Positions 23,046-34,625 of a DNA stretch of 64,000 bases are shown here, one piece after another (within the stretch, counting starts at the first letter, position 1; each line of letters opens with the position of its first letter). A program made the position numbers and the translations under genes. The notes under the pieces are model-generated. The model worked only from the letters and a program-made list of their open reading frames with translations, had not been told where the DNA came from and did no database searches. The DNA is from Monocercomonoides exilis PA203 (Eukaryota; Protista; Preaxostyla): contig LSRY02000044.1 of NCBI GenBank assembly GCA_001643675.2, positions 744,001-808,000 of the forward strand, read 5' to 3'.

Positions 23046-26000
23046 TCAATCATTCCTCAATATTTGTGCCTCATTCTTTGCTTCTAAAATGATGATCCTT
23101 CCGCTTTTGTTGATCGTATATTGGCTCGATCTCAAGGACGTCACATCGATCGCATCTGACATCGTTATCATCGCTGTGCCTGCTGGAAAACGCTGAATAA
23201 ACTCTCTCTTCAGACTTGGCAGCGAGTGTCTTTCTGATGGCTCAGCTGACAGGCATTCCTTCACCACCTCTTCAAGGCTCGAGTGCTCATCTCCCATCTT
23301 CGGCCTCTCCCCACGAACAATCTTGTCTCCTGCAATCGCTGCCTCATACTCCCCAAACGGAATCTCCAGTGTCAAGCACTCCCACAGCATCATCCCAATC
23401 GAGAATGCCACAGACTCCTTCGCTGCCCCCATCTTCTTGTTCATCTGCAGCTCAGGTGCCTTCCACCTCAAACACTCTTTTTTGTAATCATCTTCATCCT
23501 CAAACGCTGATGAGGGCAGAGAGTCACTATCATCATCATCTTCATCATCATCATCGCTGGCAGATGTCACAACAGTTGATGAAGAGATGGATGACGAATC
23601 TGAGTCATCATCTGACGAGCAGTCCGAGTGCATCACAATGCAGATCACCATGTGCTCAGAGAACAACACAATATGCGGACTCAAATTGGAAAAAGATTGA
23701 AGAGGAACTTCCATTTCATCAAACGAGTGGAGTGCCAGATTAGCCACCCAAAACAGGATCTGGGAAGCTATTTGTTCCCTCTCTTGAAGAGTGCCAATCG
23801 CCATCTCCTTTGTTTTATTCCTTCCATGAAGAAGCATGAACAATGAATCCCTCAGATCCACAATCAACTTTTCGTGTGGTGATGAGCAGGCCATCGCATC
23901 CACCAGATTCGACATCGATGAGGTTGTTGGACTCACATCTTCAATTTGCACAAATGAGGTTTCTGTGCCCGTGGATGAGAGGGATGGTGATGGGGATCTC
24001 TCCCTTGTCTCTTCCTCCTCCTCCTTTTCTAATGCCCAATCAGGAATCTTGTCTGAATCCTTTCCAAGGATATATTCAGTAGATCCACTTTCAGACAATA
24101 AATACTCTTCTGACTCCGAATGCACCATTGTCTTCACAAACACTCTCTTCTTTGCATTCTCTTCATTCTTCTTCTCTTCTCTCCTCCACTGTGCCTCTGG
24201 TGACATCTCCATCGTCACCATCTCAAATGCCTTCGGATCCTTCTTGATGTTGTCATTCACAATCTCTCTCAGATCTTTGTTCTCATTTTTCGCTTTTCTC
24301 CATCGAACAATGAATATGATTGACACAACAAAAACAATCAGCAGAATTACAACAAGCACAATGACAATCAACAACCAATAAGATTTCCCTTCTTTTCCTC
24401 CTTCAACAATCCTTTCATCCCCATTTGTCTTTGCTTCACTTGCATTCTTCAGAATGAATGGATTTGTCGATGAAGGAGATTCTGCATTCCCAAACAAAAT
24501 ATGCACACTCACCTCAATTTCATTTTCACAACCACTGATGAGATCTTTTCCCACACTTCCTTCTGCTTCTCTTTCTGACAAGAATTCATTTGAATCAAAA
24601 TCATGTTTTTCAATCTCTTTCTCTTCTCCTTTCCTCCTCACAACTGAGAAAGACAGATTGCATGGAACAAGAAGCATCCCTTTGAATATCAGCTTCATTC
24701 TATCTGTCTCTTCCTTAACTTCCACACTCTCCAACACAGGAATGAAGAACGATGAATCTCTCTCTGAAGCAATCCCTTCAAAATTGCACCCTTCATTCAA
24801 CATCCAAAGTGATGTATTTGGTAAAGCTCCATCTCCTCCTTTCAAACTCATCACATTCAATGTTCCAGAATTAGAACAGATGATGTTTCTTCTCAATGAG
24901 GGATATCCTTCAATTGAGGGATTATTGTTCTCAAATAACCCCATCTCAATATTCACATTTCCTTCGCTCATTGTTATTCCTCCTTCTGGTGAATTCGATA
25001 TTGTTGTATCTTTCATCAAAACAGAACTCTTCACAACATCCACAAGAGATCCATCCCATCTGCACATCTCTTCTGTATTTGAATTCTTTTCATTTCTTTC
25101 CTTTGAACTTCCATCAAAAACGCAACTATCCATTTTCACATCTGTGCAATCCTCCACTTTCATCAATTTCCCTTTTGAGGTCTTTGAACTTACTCCACCC
25201 ATTGTGCAATTTGTCAATTGCATCGTCTTTTTCATTGACAGGCAACATATCAATGATTCTTCATTTCCTTCAGCTGTTATATTTTCTGTGTTGAAATTCT
25301 TGATTGTTAATTTTCCACATTCATTAATATCAATCAGAGAAGTTTCTATTGTTGAATTGAATATCTCAAACAAATAAATCACTGATGAAAGTGATGATAA
25401 TAGAGATAATGCAGATTCATGAAGCACAAGATTTGACGCTGTGCATCCATCGAGTTGTAATTCTCCTTTTTTCATGTTTATAATGTGAAATGGAATGTTT
25501 GCTAATTCTATACTTCCTTCTCCAGCCGATTGTTTTGAGTCAAATGAACAATTCACCACTTCAAGAATTCCTCCTTCGGGTGATATCAGTGATTCATGTG
25601 AAGAGATGAAATTCGAATTAAACACAAAACGCACTCTCACCAACGAGACTGTTCCTGTTGTTGAAATCAAAGAATCCTTTGTTTTTCCAATGTTTGATTT
25701 CACTTCAACTTTACACATCTCTCTGCTTTTTGAACTCAAACTCATTTCCTTCAGATTTATCTCTTCTCCAATCACACTCTCTTCAACAATGAGAATCTGA
25801 CTTATCAGCTCCGATGTCAAGTGAATCAGACCCCGTTCAACTGAATCACATGGAAGAGCATTTGCTCCACATTGCTTGCCATTCGATCCATTCACACTGC
25901 TCACAATGATCGTGTCACTCTGATGAATCGTAATAAATCCAATCAGATTCGTATCGCTTGGGTAATCGCAGAGATCTCTTCCATATATCGCATCATCACG

Positions 26001-29000
26001 GATGAAATGAATATCTCGAAGATCAAACTGAAATTGGCTTTCACTGATCTGCGATGTGATGTCGAAACATTCAATGAAAATATCATTCCCCACTCTTGCT
26101 GAATTAGAACTGAATTTCATTCCCACAAATGTGAAATCCAATTCTCCTCTTTCCTTTGTTGCCAGATACACTCCTCCTCCTTTCCCATTGGTGCAGCTGC
26201 ATTGGCTGACTTCGGACTTAATCATCTTCATCGATCCAGATGCACCCAATGTGAAGAATACCGCCCCTCCTTTTTCACTTTCTTCTGCTTTATCCTCCGT
26301 TATGTTGCTCTCATTCACAACCAAGCAAATCTTTTTCTCACTCTTTGACTCCAAAACGCTCGCTCCATTGTTGCTCCTCTTCACTCCTGAAAATGATGAA
26401 TTGTCAATCTCGATATCTGCACATTCTTCATTTATCTTTGTTGGTGTATTGGCTTCTTTGATTGATAAAATGTATCCTCTGCTTTCATTCAACGATTCCA
26501 CTCGAACATTCCTCAATTGGCAAGTTATTCCAGAATCATGAATGACAAAAATACTGTTTCCAACATTGCACGATTCCATCGACAAATCATTCACTTCCAC
26601 GCTGCCTCCAATCACATCCACAAACACACAATCAAATCCATTGTTCACTCCAGCCTCTGAATGGAATGAACATCCAGTAATCACCAATTCTCCATTTTTG
26701 TTGGTAATAATCGTTTTGGCTGAGTTGTCAAACCCAGACATCAGTTGTAGTTGGATGTTTGACAATTCAAGATGAATTTCATTTTCCATGAAATATTCCA
26801 GTTGACTTCCAATTGCTTTTTCAAAACTCAATATCGCTTTCATATTCTCTTCTCCCATCTTCACACTCTTTTTGATTTGATAATTGGACACATTGAATGA
26901 ATCTTGAATAATTGTTGATCCTGTTATTTGCATTGTTTTCTTTCCACTTTCCTTTTTCATGTTTTCCATCCCTTTCCGCATTGAAAAGCATGGCTCTTTC
27001 TCGCTTCCACATCTTGCAACATCAAATCCACTCGATGAGATAAATATCTCAGTTGACCTGTATGGAATCAGAAACATGAATAAATCCTTTTCTTGATGAA
27101 AGTTGTCACTTCCCACAAACAGAGTTTTATCATTTATCATTGATGAATAATCAAACTTGAATGAATCATTTGTCACTGACTTGTTCAGATCAGATGCAAA
27201 AATGAACATATTCTTTCCATATTCTGCCTCATTTCCATCAAATATCAAATCTCCTGATAATTCAAATCTTGCATCTGCATCCACCAATGAAAGAAATATC
27301 CCTCCTCCTTTCCCTTCACTCCCACTCGTTGATGGAGCACAGCACTTTTCAAATCTTGTTGATGATACATACAGCTCAGAGGGATTCTCCAATGAAACGG
27401 ACAGCCCTCCTCCTCCTTTTCCATTCTCTCTCACCTCACTCATAAGGAATGTGCAATTCTCAATTCTCATTGTGTTCTTGCTTCCATCAACATTCGAGCT
27501 CAAACAAAGGCATCCACCATCTCCTGCTCTTCTCGTGATGTTCTCAAATGAGGTGTTCTTCAACGTGATTGATGAACACTTCTCAACCTGAATTGCTCCA
27601 CAACTCTGCAGATCACAATTCATTATTGAACAATTTTGGATTGTGACTGAGTTGCTTGTGGCAATCTCAATCAATCCATCCATCCCATTCGTTCCTGTTC
27701 GATTCACAACCACCTCATCCATCAGGTTTTCGCAACTTCCATTCACAACAATCATACACCCTCCAAATCTCACTTCTCCCACATTCCCTCCACATTTCAT
27801 CCCAAATATCTCCACTTTCCCTCCACTTGCACTCGCAAACACATAATTCGCAGAATTCACCCCATTTCCCATCTTTATCCCACAATCACCAAATCTCAAT
27901 GTGCCTTCTGTGGAATGGAAAAATGATGATCGCTCTCCAATCGATCCTCCCAATTTAAATAATATCCCTGTGAATGTTGATGAAACACTGTTCATCACCA
28001 ACGCTTCTTGTATTTTTGTTCCTGTTCCTCCAATTTTCAATCCAACATCTTTGTTGCTCGAATCAATCTCATATGACTGCTCATCCAACTGAACTTCTTC
28101 ATCAAATGAAAATGTGCTTGTCAGTCTGATCATTCTCTTTGAACTCGGATATCGATATTCACTCGCTTCCCCAATTGTTCGGCATGGATAATCTTCATAT
28201 CCACACAGCCTGAATTCACTTCCTTGTTCTCTCCCACTCACATATGCTGGAGATGAAAATGTCCGAAGAAACACAACAAGTAGAATAATCAGCTCTGGCT
28301 TGTTTCTTTCTCTTCCACAAAGTTCATTCAAATCTGCAACTTTAATTCCAATTTCTGGATTGAATCCAATTGAAGCGCTGTTGATGACAGCCGATAAATC
28401 CTGTGCTTCCACAAACAAATTCTTCCCCTTCCATGCATTGCACTCACTGAATGTCATGCTCTCCAATGAAAATGTTCCCATTTGATTGGCAAGTTCAGCA
28501 AACATCCCTCCCCCTATTCCTCTCCCTCCATTCTCAACATCCTCTGATGGTACAACACATCCTGATAATTTCACTCCACTCACCCTCAATGTTCCTCCAT
28601 TTCCCACTGATATCATCATCCCTCCTCCTTTCATTCCATTTCCACCTGTGCATCTTGATGAAAAATTGCTTTCTTCAATTTTCACATTCCCATTAACCCC
28701 CATCCCAACATTCAAACATCCCCCTCCTCCATTTCCACCTGCCACCTCCACTTCCACTCCACTCATTCTGCTGTTCTTCAATTCCAATTGAGCTCCACTT
28801 GTCATCGTTATTGGAGATTTCCCATTCATCTTCAGCGTCACTCCACTTTCCATCACAAATCCATCAACAATCAGATTCCCTCCTGCCATCTCAATGATGC
28901 TGTATCCTATCTTTCCATTAGTCAATGCCCCGCTTTCAAATGAGACTGAACAGTTCGTCACACTGAGTGTTGATGTTAAGTGAATGAATGCACTTCTCCT

Positions 29001-32000
29001 GGAATTTAGCTGACCTTTCACAACAAATGAAAGTCTCCTCATTGTCAGTGAACTCGAACATCCAACAAGCCAATCTTGTGTGGCTGATCCTCCATCACTC
29101 ACATTCACTCCCATCCTCTCCCCCTCTGATGATGACTCTATTCTGCCTGAAATTATCACACCATATGATGGTCCTGCTATTTCCTTCGTTATTGACGAAG
29201 ATGAGACAACCTCTATTTCATTTACAGTGCTGCTCATTCTTGAGTTCGCACAATAATCAATTGTCAAACAGCCAAATTTCTCAAATCCACAATGGTTGTG
29301 ATCCTTCCCATTTCCTCCACTCCCATCAACAACCACCTTTGTCCCCATTGTGCACAAATACACAAACAGTGGAATCACTCCACTTTCTTCCCCATTTTCA
29401 CTCCCACTCAGTTGAAACACATCTGATGGAATGGTGCTTGTGTCAAAAAATGAAAATGATTGTGCATTCACTTTTGAATCCAAAAACACTCCACTCCCAC
29501 AATCAACAAACACATCCTTCCCATATGTTGCCACATTCTCATTCACTTTTGAAAACTGAACATTCTGCCCAATTGTCAATCCACATCCTCCACTCTCCAT
29601 CAATACAAACATCCCCCCTCCTCTCCCTCCATTCCCTCCATTATTCTCTGCCTTATTCCCATCAATCACACTCGTTCCACTCACAACCACTTTCCCACTT
29701 CCCTTCAATCCAACATATATTCCTCCTCCTTTTCCACCACCACAACTGCACCCATTCACGTTGCATCCATCAACAGTCAACGTTCCACTCCCTCCAACTG
29801 TTCCTTTCATCCATCCTCCATCTCCCTCATTCCTTTTGATTCCGCTGATATTGCATCCTGAACATATCACACTCGTCATTCCTTCACAAAATTCAATCGC
29901 TGAATGAGCTCCAAACACAAGTGCTCCACCAATCACAAATCGTTCCATTTTCAGACTCCCGCTCTGCGCATTCACAATGTTGTATCCAAAGGCCACACTC
30001 GATGTGCTCTCTGATATATGAGCAACTGAGCAGTCTGTGAGTGCGAGTGATGTGCTGGTCAAACCAATGAGCGATATTGCACTCGATAACGAAAATGGAA
30101 TTTGGAACGCAATGTTCTTTATTGAACTTGCACTCTCAACATTTATTAAAAATAAAGATGTCATTCCACTCGGCACCTTCACGTTCACATTCGTCTTGTT
30201 GATTGTGCAATACACCTCCCATTCATATGACCCTGCCATCGGCACAACTTCTCCCAGCTCAAACCCTGAATCCAACACAATATTCTTCTTTGCTGAGCTG
30301 AATCTGTTCTGTGAAGCAAACGCGATCGTTTTGCATGGAAAATACCCAAACCCACAAAACCACGAGTCATATCCTCCATGCTCATTCACCGCTTTCCCCA
30401 CATGTGCTGCTCCTGAAAATGCATCAAAAAACACATTCAATGGGAATATTCCCATCCCTCCCTCATTCCGGTCATATCCCATCAGCTCATCATAAATAGA
30501 AACATTTCGTGAGAAATTCAACTTTGAGGTCGTTATTGTCCCACTCACCAGCCTGCTCCCATTCACAAACACATCTTTCCCTCCCAATGTTGCACTGCAA
30601 CCAACAAAACTCACTGATGATATCGCAAAATCAAATGAATTATCTGCAAGCCACAGCATCACCCCTCCTCCATATCCACTGCACTTGCACCGTTTAAATG
30701 TTGTTGTTCCTCCACTGTGCGATGCTGATGTCCCAATTCGAACTTGGCTTGTCGAAGATGCCAACTCAACCTTTATCCCTCCTCCATTTCCATTCACACA
30801 CTCACACCCTTCCATTGTTGTGTTCCACACAACAAATGTCTCTCCTGCCTTCACGCTTTTTGCCATCACCACTCCATCTCCTCCTGTCCGATTCACATTC
30901 CGAATTGTCACATTCCCCAGCACACTTTCTCCTGATGACGATCCGGCTGATGATGGTTCAGCGAAAAGAGGCTGTGATATTTTCATATTTTTGATCTCAA
31001 CATCAATCGTCTTCAGCTGCCTCAGCGCAACATCTAACACACACTTCGTCATTCCGCTCCCACCTGATGTGGAAGAACTGATCAACACATCCTCCAGCGA
31101 AAGAGTCCCACTCCCCAGTGACACCACAAACACACTCGGCGATGAGCTTCTTTTCGCGTTGTGATCGATCCCCACATGCCCCACCACCAGTTGACCAGAA
31201 GATATGCTAAATAGCGCTGTCGAAGTCGAAGAAAGCGAACTCGACCCAATCACACTCACTGTCTTCCCTCTCCCAACAACTGAAATCCTCTTTCCCCCAA
31301 CACTGATCGTCGCCCCTTCGCTCACATGCTTTCCACCCAGCACTGTGATCGTTGAGCTCAGCTGCGCCATGCTCGACTCCACTGCATGCCCCACCGTCTT
31401 GCACGGAGCAGACTCACTCATCCCACACAAATTGCTCGAGTCATCCCCACTCGCCCCAACATATCTATCTTTCATCTCCTCTTTCAGCCATCCCTTCTTT
31501 TCTGTGTGTTGATACGCCCAATGACCATCAACATAGCATACTCTCTTCTCATCTCTATTCGTTGTGTACGATTCAAAAAATGGGTTATTGGATGAAAAAA
31601 GATTGTTTCCATCATGAAAATACACATCATGACCATATGAAGTGGAAGAGGTTGTGCAACTACAATCATGGAAGAAGAAGAAATAACAATAAATGTTGTT
31701 GCTTGGAGCTGTTTGTTGGTCTGGATTAAAATACAATCCTCCACCTTTTTCTTTTGCGTTGCACGAAATAAATTGGAGGCTCCTCATTTTGAACACAACT
31801 GGAACACTTTGGCATAACATCCCTCCGCCACCAGTGGTTGTAAGTGAGCATGAAGTGAATGAACACTCAAACACACAAGCACTCTCCCCTTTTCCACTTT
31901 CTGTTCCAATACATCCTGTTCCTGAAACATTTAAATTTTCAAAATAAAGACCTCCTCCCCAGCCATAAGCAGAACATTTCTGGAATTCGCACCCACTGAT

Positions 32001-33305
32001 CCTGACGCATGTTGAAATAGATCTGGCATACATCCCTCCTCCATAACAATTTTGAGCAGTACAAGCATTGAATGAGTTGTTCTCAATCTTGACTGAATTT
32101 ATTGAAACGCAAAAAATTCCTCCGCCATAAGAATACGCAGAGCAGTCGTTGAACGAACAAAATTTCACTGAAAGTGTTCCTGATGCCTTATCATTCATGT
32201 AAATCGCTCCTCCATTTGAATTCTCAGCTGAAGAAGAACCACTTCTCCCAGTTGTATTTGACCCGTTCCACTCACACCAAGTAAATGAATTCGCCCCATT
32301 GTCTGTAATCAGCTGTCTCGCTTGTTTCGATGGATTCCCTTCACTCCCGCTGATTGCAACATTCTGTGATCGATAGCATCCAACAAATGAGGTGTTCGAG
32401 GCATCCAGGGAAGATGAGGGGCTGTTCAGTGAGGGGACAATTCCCCCATCATAAACATCCCACACCGATGAATATGAGCACCCACTCATCAGAAACACTC
32501 TTTGGCTCAGCCCTTCATCCAGATGTGTTGTTTTCTGTGGATTTGTGGAGATGTTGAAGAATTCTAATTGGGAAAGACACACAAAATGCGATGAGATGAA
32601 TGGGGCTGAAGACACACAAAATGAAGAGAAATGAGAAGAACAAACAGAAACATGGCACTTCTCTGAAATCTCTCCTTCCGCTGCTTTTGAAGAGAAAAGT
32701 GGAGGAAATATCTGTTCAGTCGAGGTTGAAGAAGATCTGAGGGAAATGTTGGTGAGCAATCCACAGCTCCCACACAAATCAAAGGGCGATGCCTCTCTCC
32801 CAACTCCAATCACACATCCGCTCACCTCAACAGAACTTCCATCCGATGCCCTGAGCACACTCTCCCCACCCATTTCCCTCAATCCCAATGAATTCAGTTT
32901 CATTGATGAATTGATCCCAACAACACTTCCCTCAACCCCACTCCCGCCACACACTCCCTCCTTTCCCCACATTTTCCACTCATCACAAAAACCCCATTTT
33001 TGGACTTTCCCAATCTCCCCACTTCTCTCATTCCATTGTTTTGTGTATTTCTTCAATATTTTCTTTTGCTTTTCGGTCTCTCCCACTCCACCTTCTTTTC
33101 CTTCAACATATGTGTCAAATAAATTGTCATCTCCAATTTTGTTGTTTTGAGCCTTCTCTCGCCATGTACCTTCAGGATAATCCAATTCTCCTTCTTTCGC
33201 TGATTCCTCAACAAATCCTGCTCCATCACTTGTGGCACCCTTGCACACGCACCCCACACTAATTATCCACACACAACAAAATATTCCTGACAGCCCCAAT
33301 ACCAT
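23046..33305 (-). CDS. giant intronless type-I membrane protein: signal peptide, tandem beta-helix-like modules, TM, degenerate kinase-like domain
   Basis: ~3419 aa from ATG 33305; hydrophobic N-terminus; repeated GGG[IVM]Y and FxxCxA/FxxNxA motifs; TM YWLLIVIVLVVILLIVFVVSIIFIV (~24307-24381); C-lobe motifs RWKAPE, FSIGMMLWECLTLEIPF, GERP. Confidence 0.9.
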   Translation of the reverse strand: MVLGLSGIFCCVWIISVGCVCKGATSDGAGFVEESAKEGELDYPEGTWREKAQNNKIGDDNLFDTYVEGKEGGVGETEKQKKILKKYTKQWNERSGEIGKVQKWGFCDEWKMWGKEGVCGGSGVEGSVVGINSSMKLNSLGLREMGGESVLRASDGSSVEVSGCVIGVGREASPFDLCGSCGLLTNISLRSSSTSTEQIFPPLFSSKAAEGEISEKCHVSVCSSHFSSFCVSSAPFISSHFVCLSQLEFFNISTNPQKTTHLDEGLSQRVFLMSGCSYSSVWDVYDGGIVPSLNSPSSSLDASNTSFVGCYRSQNVAISGSEGNPSKQARQLITDNGANSFTWCEWNGSNTTGRSGSSSAENSNGGAIYMNDKASGTLSVKFCSFNDCSAYSYGGGIFCVSINSVKIENNSFNACTAQNCYGGGMYARSISTCVRISGCEFQKCSAYGWGGGLYFENLNVSGTGCIGTESGKGESACVFECSFTSCSLTTTGGGGMLCQSVPVVFKMRSLQFISCNAKEKGGGLYFNPDQQTAPSNNIYCYFFFFHDCSCTTSSTSYGHDVYFHDGNNLFSSNNPFFESYTTNRDEKRVCYVDGHWAYQHTEKKGWLKEEMKDRYVGASGDDSSNLCGMSESAPCKTVGHAVESSMAQLSSTITVLGGKHVSEGATISVGGKRISVVGRGKTVSVIGSSSLSSTSTALFSISSGQLVVGHVGIDHNAKRSSSPSVFVVSLGSGTLSLEDVLISSSTSGGSGMTKCVLDVALRQLKTIDVEIKNMKISQPLFAEPSSAGSSSGESVLGNVTIRNVNRTGGDGVVMAKSVKAGETFVVWNTTMEGCECVNGNGGGIKVELASSTSQVRIGTSASHSGGTTTFKRCKCSGYGGGVMLWLADNSFDFAISSVSFVGCSATLGGKDVFVNGSRLVSGTITTSKLNFSRNVSIYDELMGYDRNEGGMGIFPLNVFFDAFSGAAHVGKAVNEHGGYDSWFCGFGYFPCKTIAFASQNRFSSAKKNIVLDSGFELGEVVPMAGSYEWEVYCTINKTNVNVKVPSGMTSLFLINVESASSIKNIAFQIPFSLSSAISLIGLTSTSLALTDCSVAHISESTSSVAFGYNIVNAQSGSLKMERFVIGGALVFGAHSAIEFCEGMTSVICSGCNISGIKRNEGDGGWMKGTVGGSGTLTVDGCNVNGCSCGGGKGGGIYVGLKGSGKVVVSGTSVIDGNKAENNGGNGGRGGGMFVLMESGGCGLTIGQNVQFSKVNENVATYGKDVFVDCGSGVFLDSKVNAQSFSFFDTSTIPSDVFQLSGSENGEESGVIPLFVYLCTMGTKVVVDGSGGNGKDHNHCGFEKFGCLTIDYCANSRMSSTVNEIEVVSSSSITKEIAGPSYGVIISGRIESSSEGERMGVNVSDGGSATQDWLVGCSSSLTMRRLSFVVKGQLNSRRSAFIHLTSTLSVTNCSVSFESGALTNGKIGYSIIEMAGGNLIVDGFVMESGVTLKMNGKSPITMTSGAQLELKNSRMSGVEVEVAGGNGGGGCLNVGMGVNGNVKIEESNFSSRCTGGNGMKGGGMMISVGNGGTLRVSGVKLSGCVVPSEDVENGGRGIGGGMFAELANQMGTFSLESMTFSECNAWKGKNLFVEAQDLSAVINSASIGFNPEIGIKVADLNELCGRERNKPELIILLVVFLRTFSSPAYVSGREQGSEFRLCGYEDYPCRTIGEASEYRYPSSKRMIRLTSTFSFDEEVQLDEQSYEIDSSNKDVGLKIGGTGTKIQEALVMNSVSSTFTGILFKLGGSIGERSSFFHSTEGTLRFGDCGIKMGNGVNSANYVFASASGGKVEIFGMKCGGNVGEVRFGGCMIVVNGSCENLMDEVVVNRTGTNGMDGLIEIATSNSVTIQNCSIMNCDLQSCGAIQVEKCSSITLKNTSFENITRRAGDGGCLCLSSNVDGSKNTMRIENCTFLMSEVRENGKGGGGLSVSLENPSELYVSSTRFEKCCAPSTSGSEGKGGGIFLSLVDADARFELSGDLIFDGNEAEYGKNMFIFASDLNKSVTNDSFKFDYSSMINDKTLFVGSDNFHQEKDLFMFLIPYRSTEIFISSSGFDVARCGSEKEPCFSMRKGMENMKKESGKKTMQITGSTIIQDSFNVSNYQIKKSVKMGEENMKAILSFEKAIGSQLEYFMENEIHLELSNIQLQLMSGFDNSAKTIITNKNGELVITGCSFHSEAGVNNGFDCVFVDVIGGSVEVNDLSMESCNVGNSIFVIHDSGITCQLRNVRVESLNESRGYILSIKEANTPTKINEECADIEIDNSSFSGVKRSNNGASVLESKSEKKICLVVNESNITEDKAEESEKGGAVFFTLGASGSMKMIKSEVSQCSCTNGKGGGVYLATKERGELDFTFVGMKFSSNSARVGNDIFIECFDITSQISESQFQFDLRDIHFIRDDAIYGRDLCDYPSDTNLIGFITIHQSDTIIVSSVNGSNGKQCGANALPCDSVERGLIHLTSELISQILIVEESVIGEEINLKEMSLSSKSREMCKVEVKSNIGKTKDSLISTTGTVSLVRVRFVFNSNFISSHESLISPEGGILEVVNCSFDSKQSAGEGSIELANIPFHIINMKKGELQLDGCTASNLVLHESALSLLSSLSSVIYLFEIFNSTIETSLIDINECGKLTIKNFNTENITAEGNEESLICCLSMKKTMQLTNCTMGGVSSKTSKGKLMKVEDCTDVKMDSCVFDGSSKERNEKNSNTEEMCRWDGSLVDVVKSSVLMKDTTISNSPEGGITMSEGNVNIEMGLFENNNPSIEGYPSLRRNIICSNSGTLNVMSLKGGDGALPNTSLWMLNEGCNFEGIASERDSSFFIPVLESVEVKEETDRMKLIFKGMLLVPCNLSFSVVRRKGEEKEIEKHDFDSNEFLSEREAEGSVGKDLISGCENEIEVSVHILFGNAESPSSTNPFILKNASEAKTNGDERIVEGGKEGKSYWLLIVIVLVVILLIVFVVSIIFIVRWRKAKNENKDLREIVNDNIKKDPKAFEMVTMEMSPEAQWRREEKKNEENAKKRVFVKTMVHSESEEYLLSESGSTEYILGKDSDKIPDWALEKEEEEETRERSPSPSLSSTGTETSFVQIEDVSPTTSSMSNLVDAMACSSPHEKLIVDLRDSLFMLLHGRNKTKEMAIGTLQEREQIASQILFWVANLALHSFDEMEVPLQSFSNLSPHIVLFSEHMVICIVMHSDCSSDDDSDSSSISSSTVVTSASDDDDEDDDDSDSLPSSAFEDEDDYKKECLRWKAPELQMNKKMGAAKESVAFSIGMMLWECLTLEIPFGEYEAAIAGDKIVRGERPKMGDEHSSLEEVVKECLSAEPSERHSLPSLKREFIQRFPAGTAMITMSDAIDVTSLRSSQYTINKSGRIIILEAKNEAQILRND

Positions 33306-34625
33306 GCCTCTCAAACTGCTTTCTTTTCTTTTTTCTTTCACAGACTAATATGGGCACTTCAACAAAAAAATACTTTCAACTTTTGATAAGTGTTGTATTA
33401 TTATATAAAAATAAATATTCTCCTTTGATATTTAACAACATTTATTTATGATCCGATGAATAATAGCGAATAATTTATCCATTTTTGTTGATGTTCCGAT
33501 ATTTCAGCCATCACTCTCCGTCCAGCGATATCTGCCTCTGAGATGGAACAACACATGATTTGGAGCATATAATTACGTTGGCTGTGTTTTCATGAGAAAA
33601 GGCAATTGGGAAAGAAATGAATGATGTGAAGATTGATGAAAACAGATGAACAGAAGAGGTGTGAGTGCTGAAAGTTTTGTGACTCTGCACCACATATAAA
33701 TGTGTGTCTATTTGTGGATTATTTGTGATGTTTTTATTTGAAGGGATTTTCGATGTTTTGAAAGAAATGATTGTTTTTGCCTCGATTGGCTGAAAAGGAC
33801 ACTTTTGGCAAAAGAGAAGGGATGCATGGAACAAGGTTATTTGAGCATTTGGGTTGGGCTTTTGATGTGTTTTTCTTGCAGATAGAGATGGAATTTCAGT
33901 TCAAGGGAAAAAGGATAAAATGTGAAATGAGCGAAAATGGATATTTTTTGTTGAGGCAAAGCGGTTGCAGGGAATTAACGGAATTTGCTATTGGTTTGCG
34001 ACAAACTCTGTTTTATTCGAATCTTTTCATGAAAAATGAATTTGTTTATTATTATTTTTATCATATGATAGGATTTTGGAAGTTATTTGAGAAATGCCTG
34101 ACGCATTCTATTTGCTGGGAGAATTTGTTTTGGAGAAAGGAAGAAGGGAAAATGAAGAAGAAAAGAACAAGCAGCATTGATAATAATGGATACAAAAAAT
34201 GGAGAAGACACCATTGATGAGTGTTGATGCAAAGAATGGAAGAAGATGTTATTGAAACAATTCTTTCGAACATTTCTGGATCATCGTTCATCATCAACAT
34301 TTTGGAAGAGGAAATGGATTTACGTTCACTCATTAACATATTCAAAGGTGCGACAAAGGCATGATTGAAAGGAAAAGGATTTCTTCTTCTTCCAGAATAC
34401 CTCAAATATCATCGTCATCCTCCATACACAACCTTCTTCATCATCATATGCTGTATCAGAAAAGCATCAAAGGGAATGCTTATCAGGTTAATCGACTAAA
34501 ATTCAACTCATTTCTTTTGTGATTGAACTGATGAGAAAAGAAAGAGGAAATAGAAAGAAACAACATTTTTCATCATGTTGCTTCTCATTGGCAGCTGCAC
34601 ATCAATTCCTTAAGGTCACTGCCAT

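Noticed and set aside
23216-33262. Numerous + strand ORFs opposite the giant gene
   Set aside because: Antisense shadows with no recognisable motifs.
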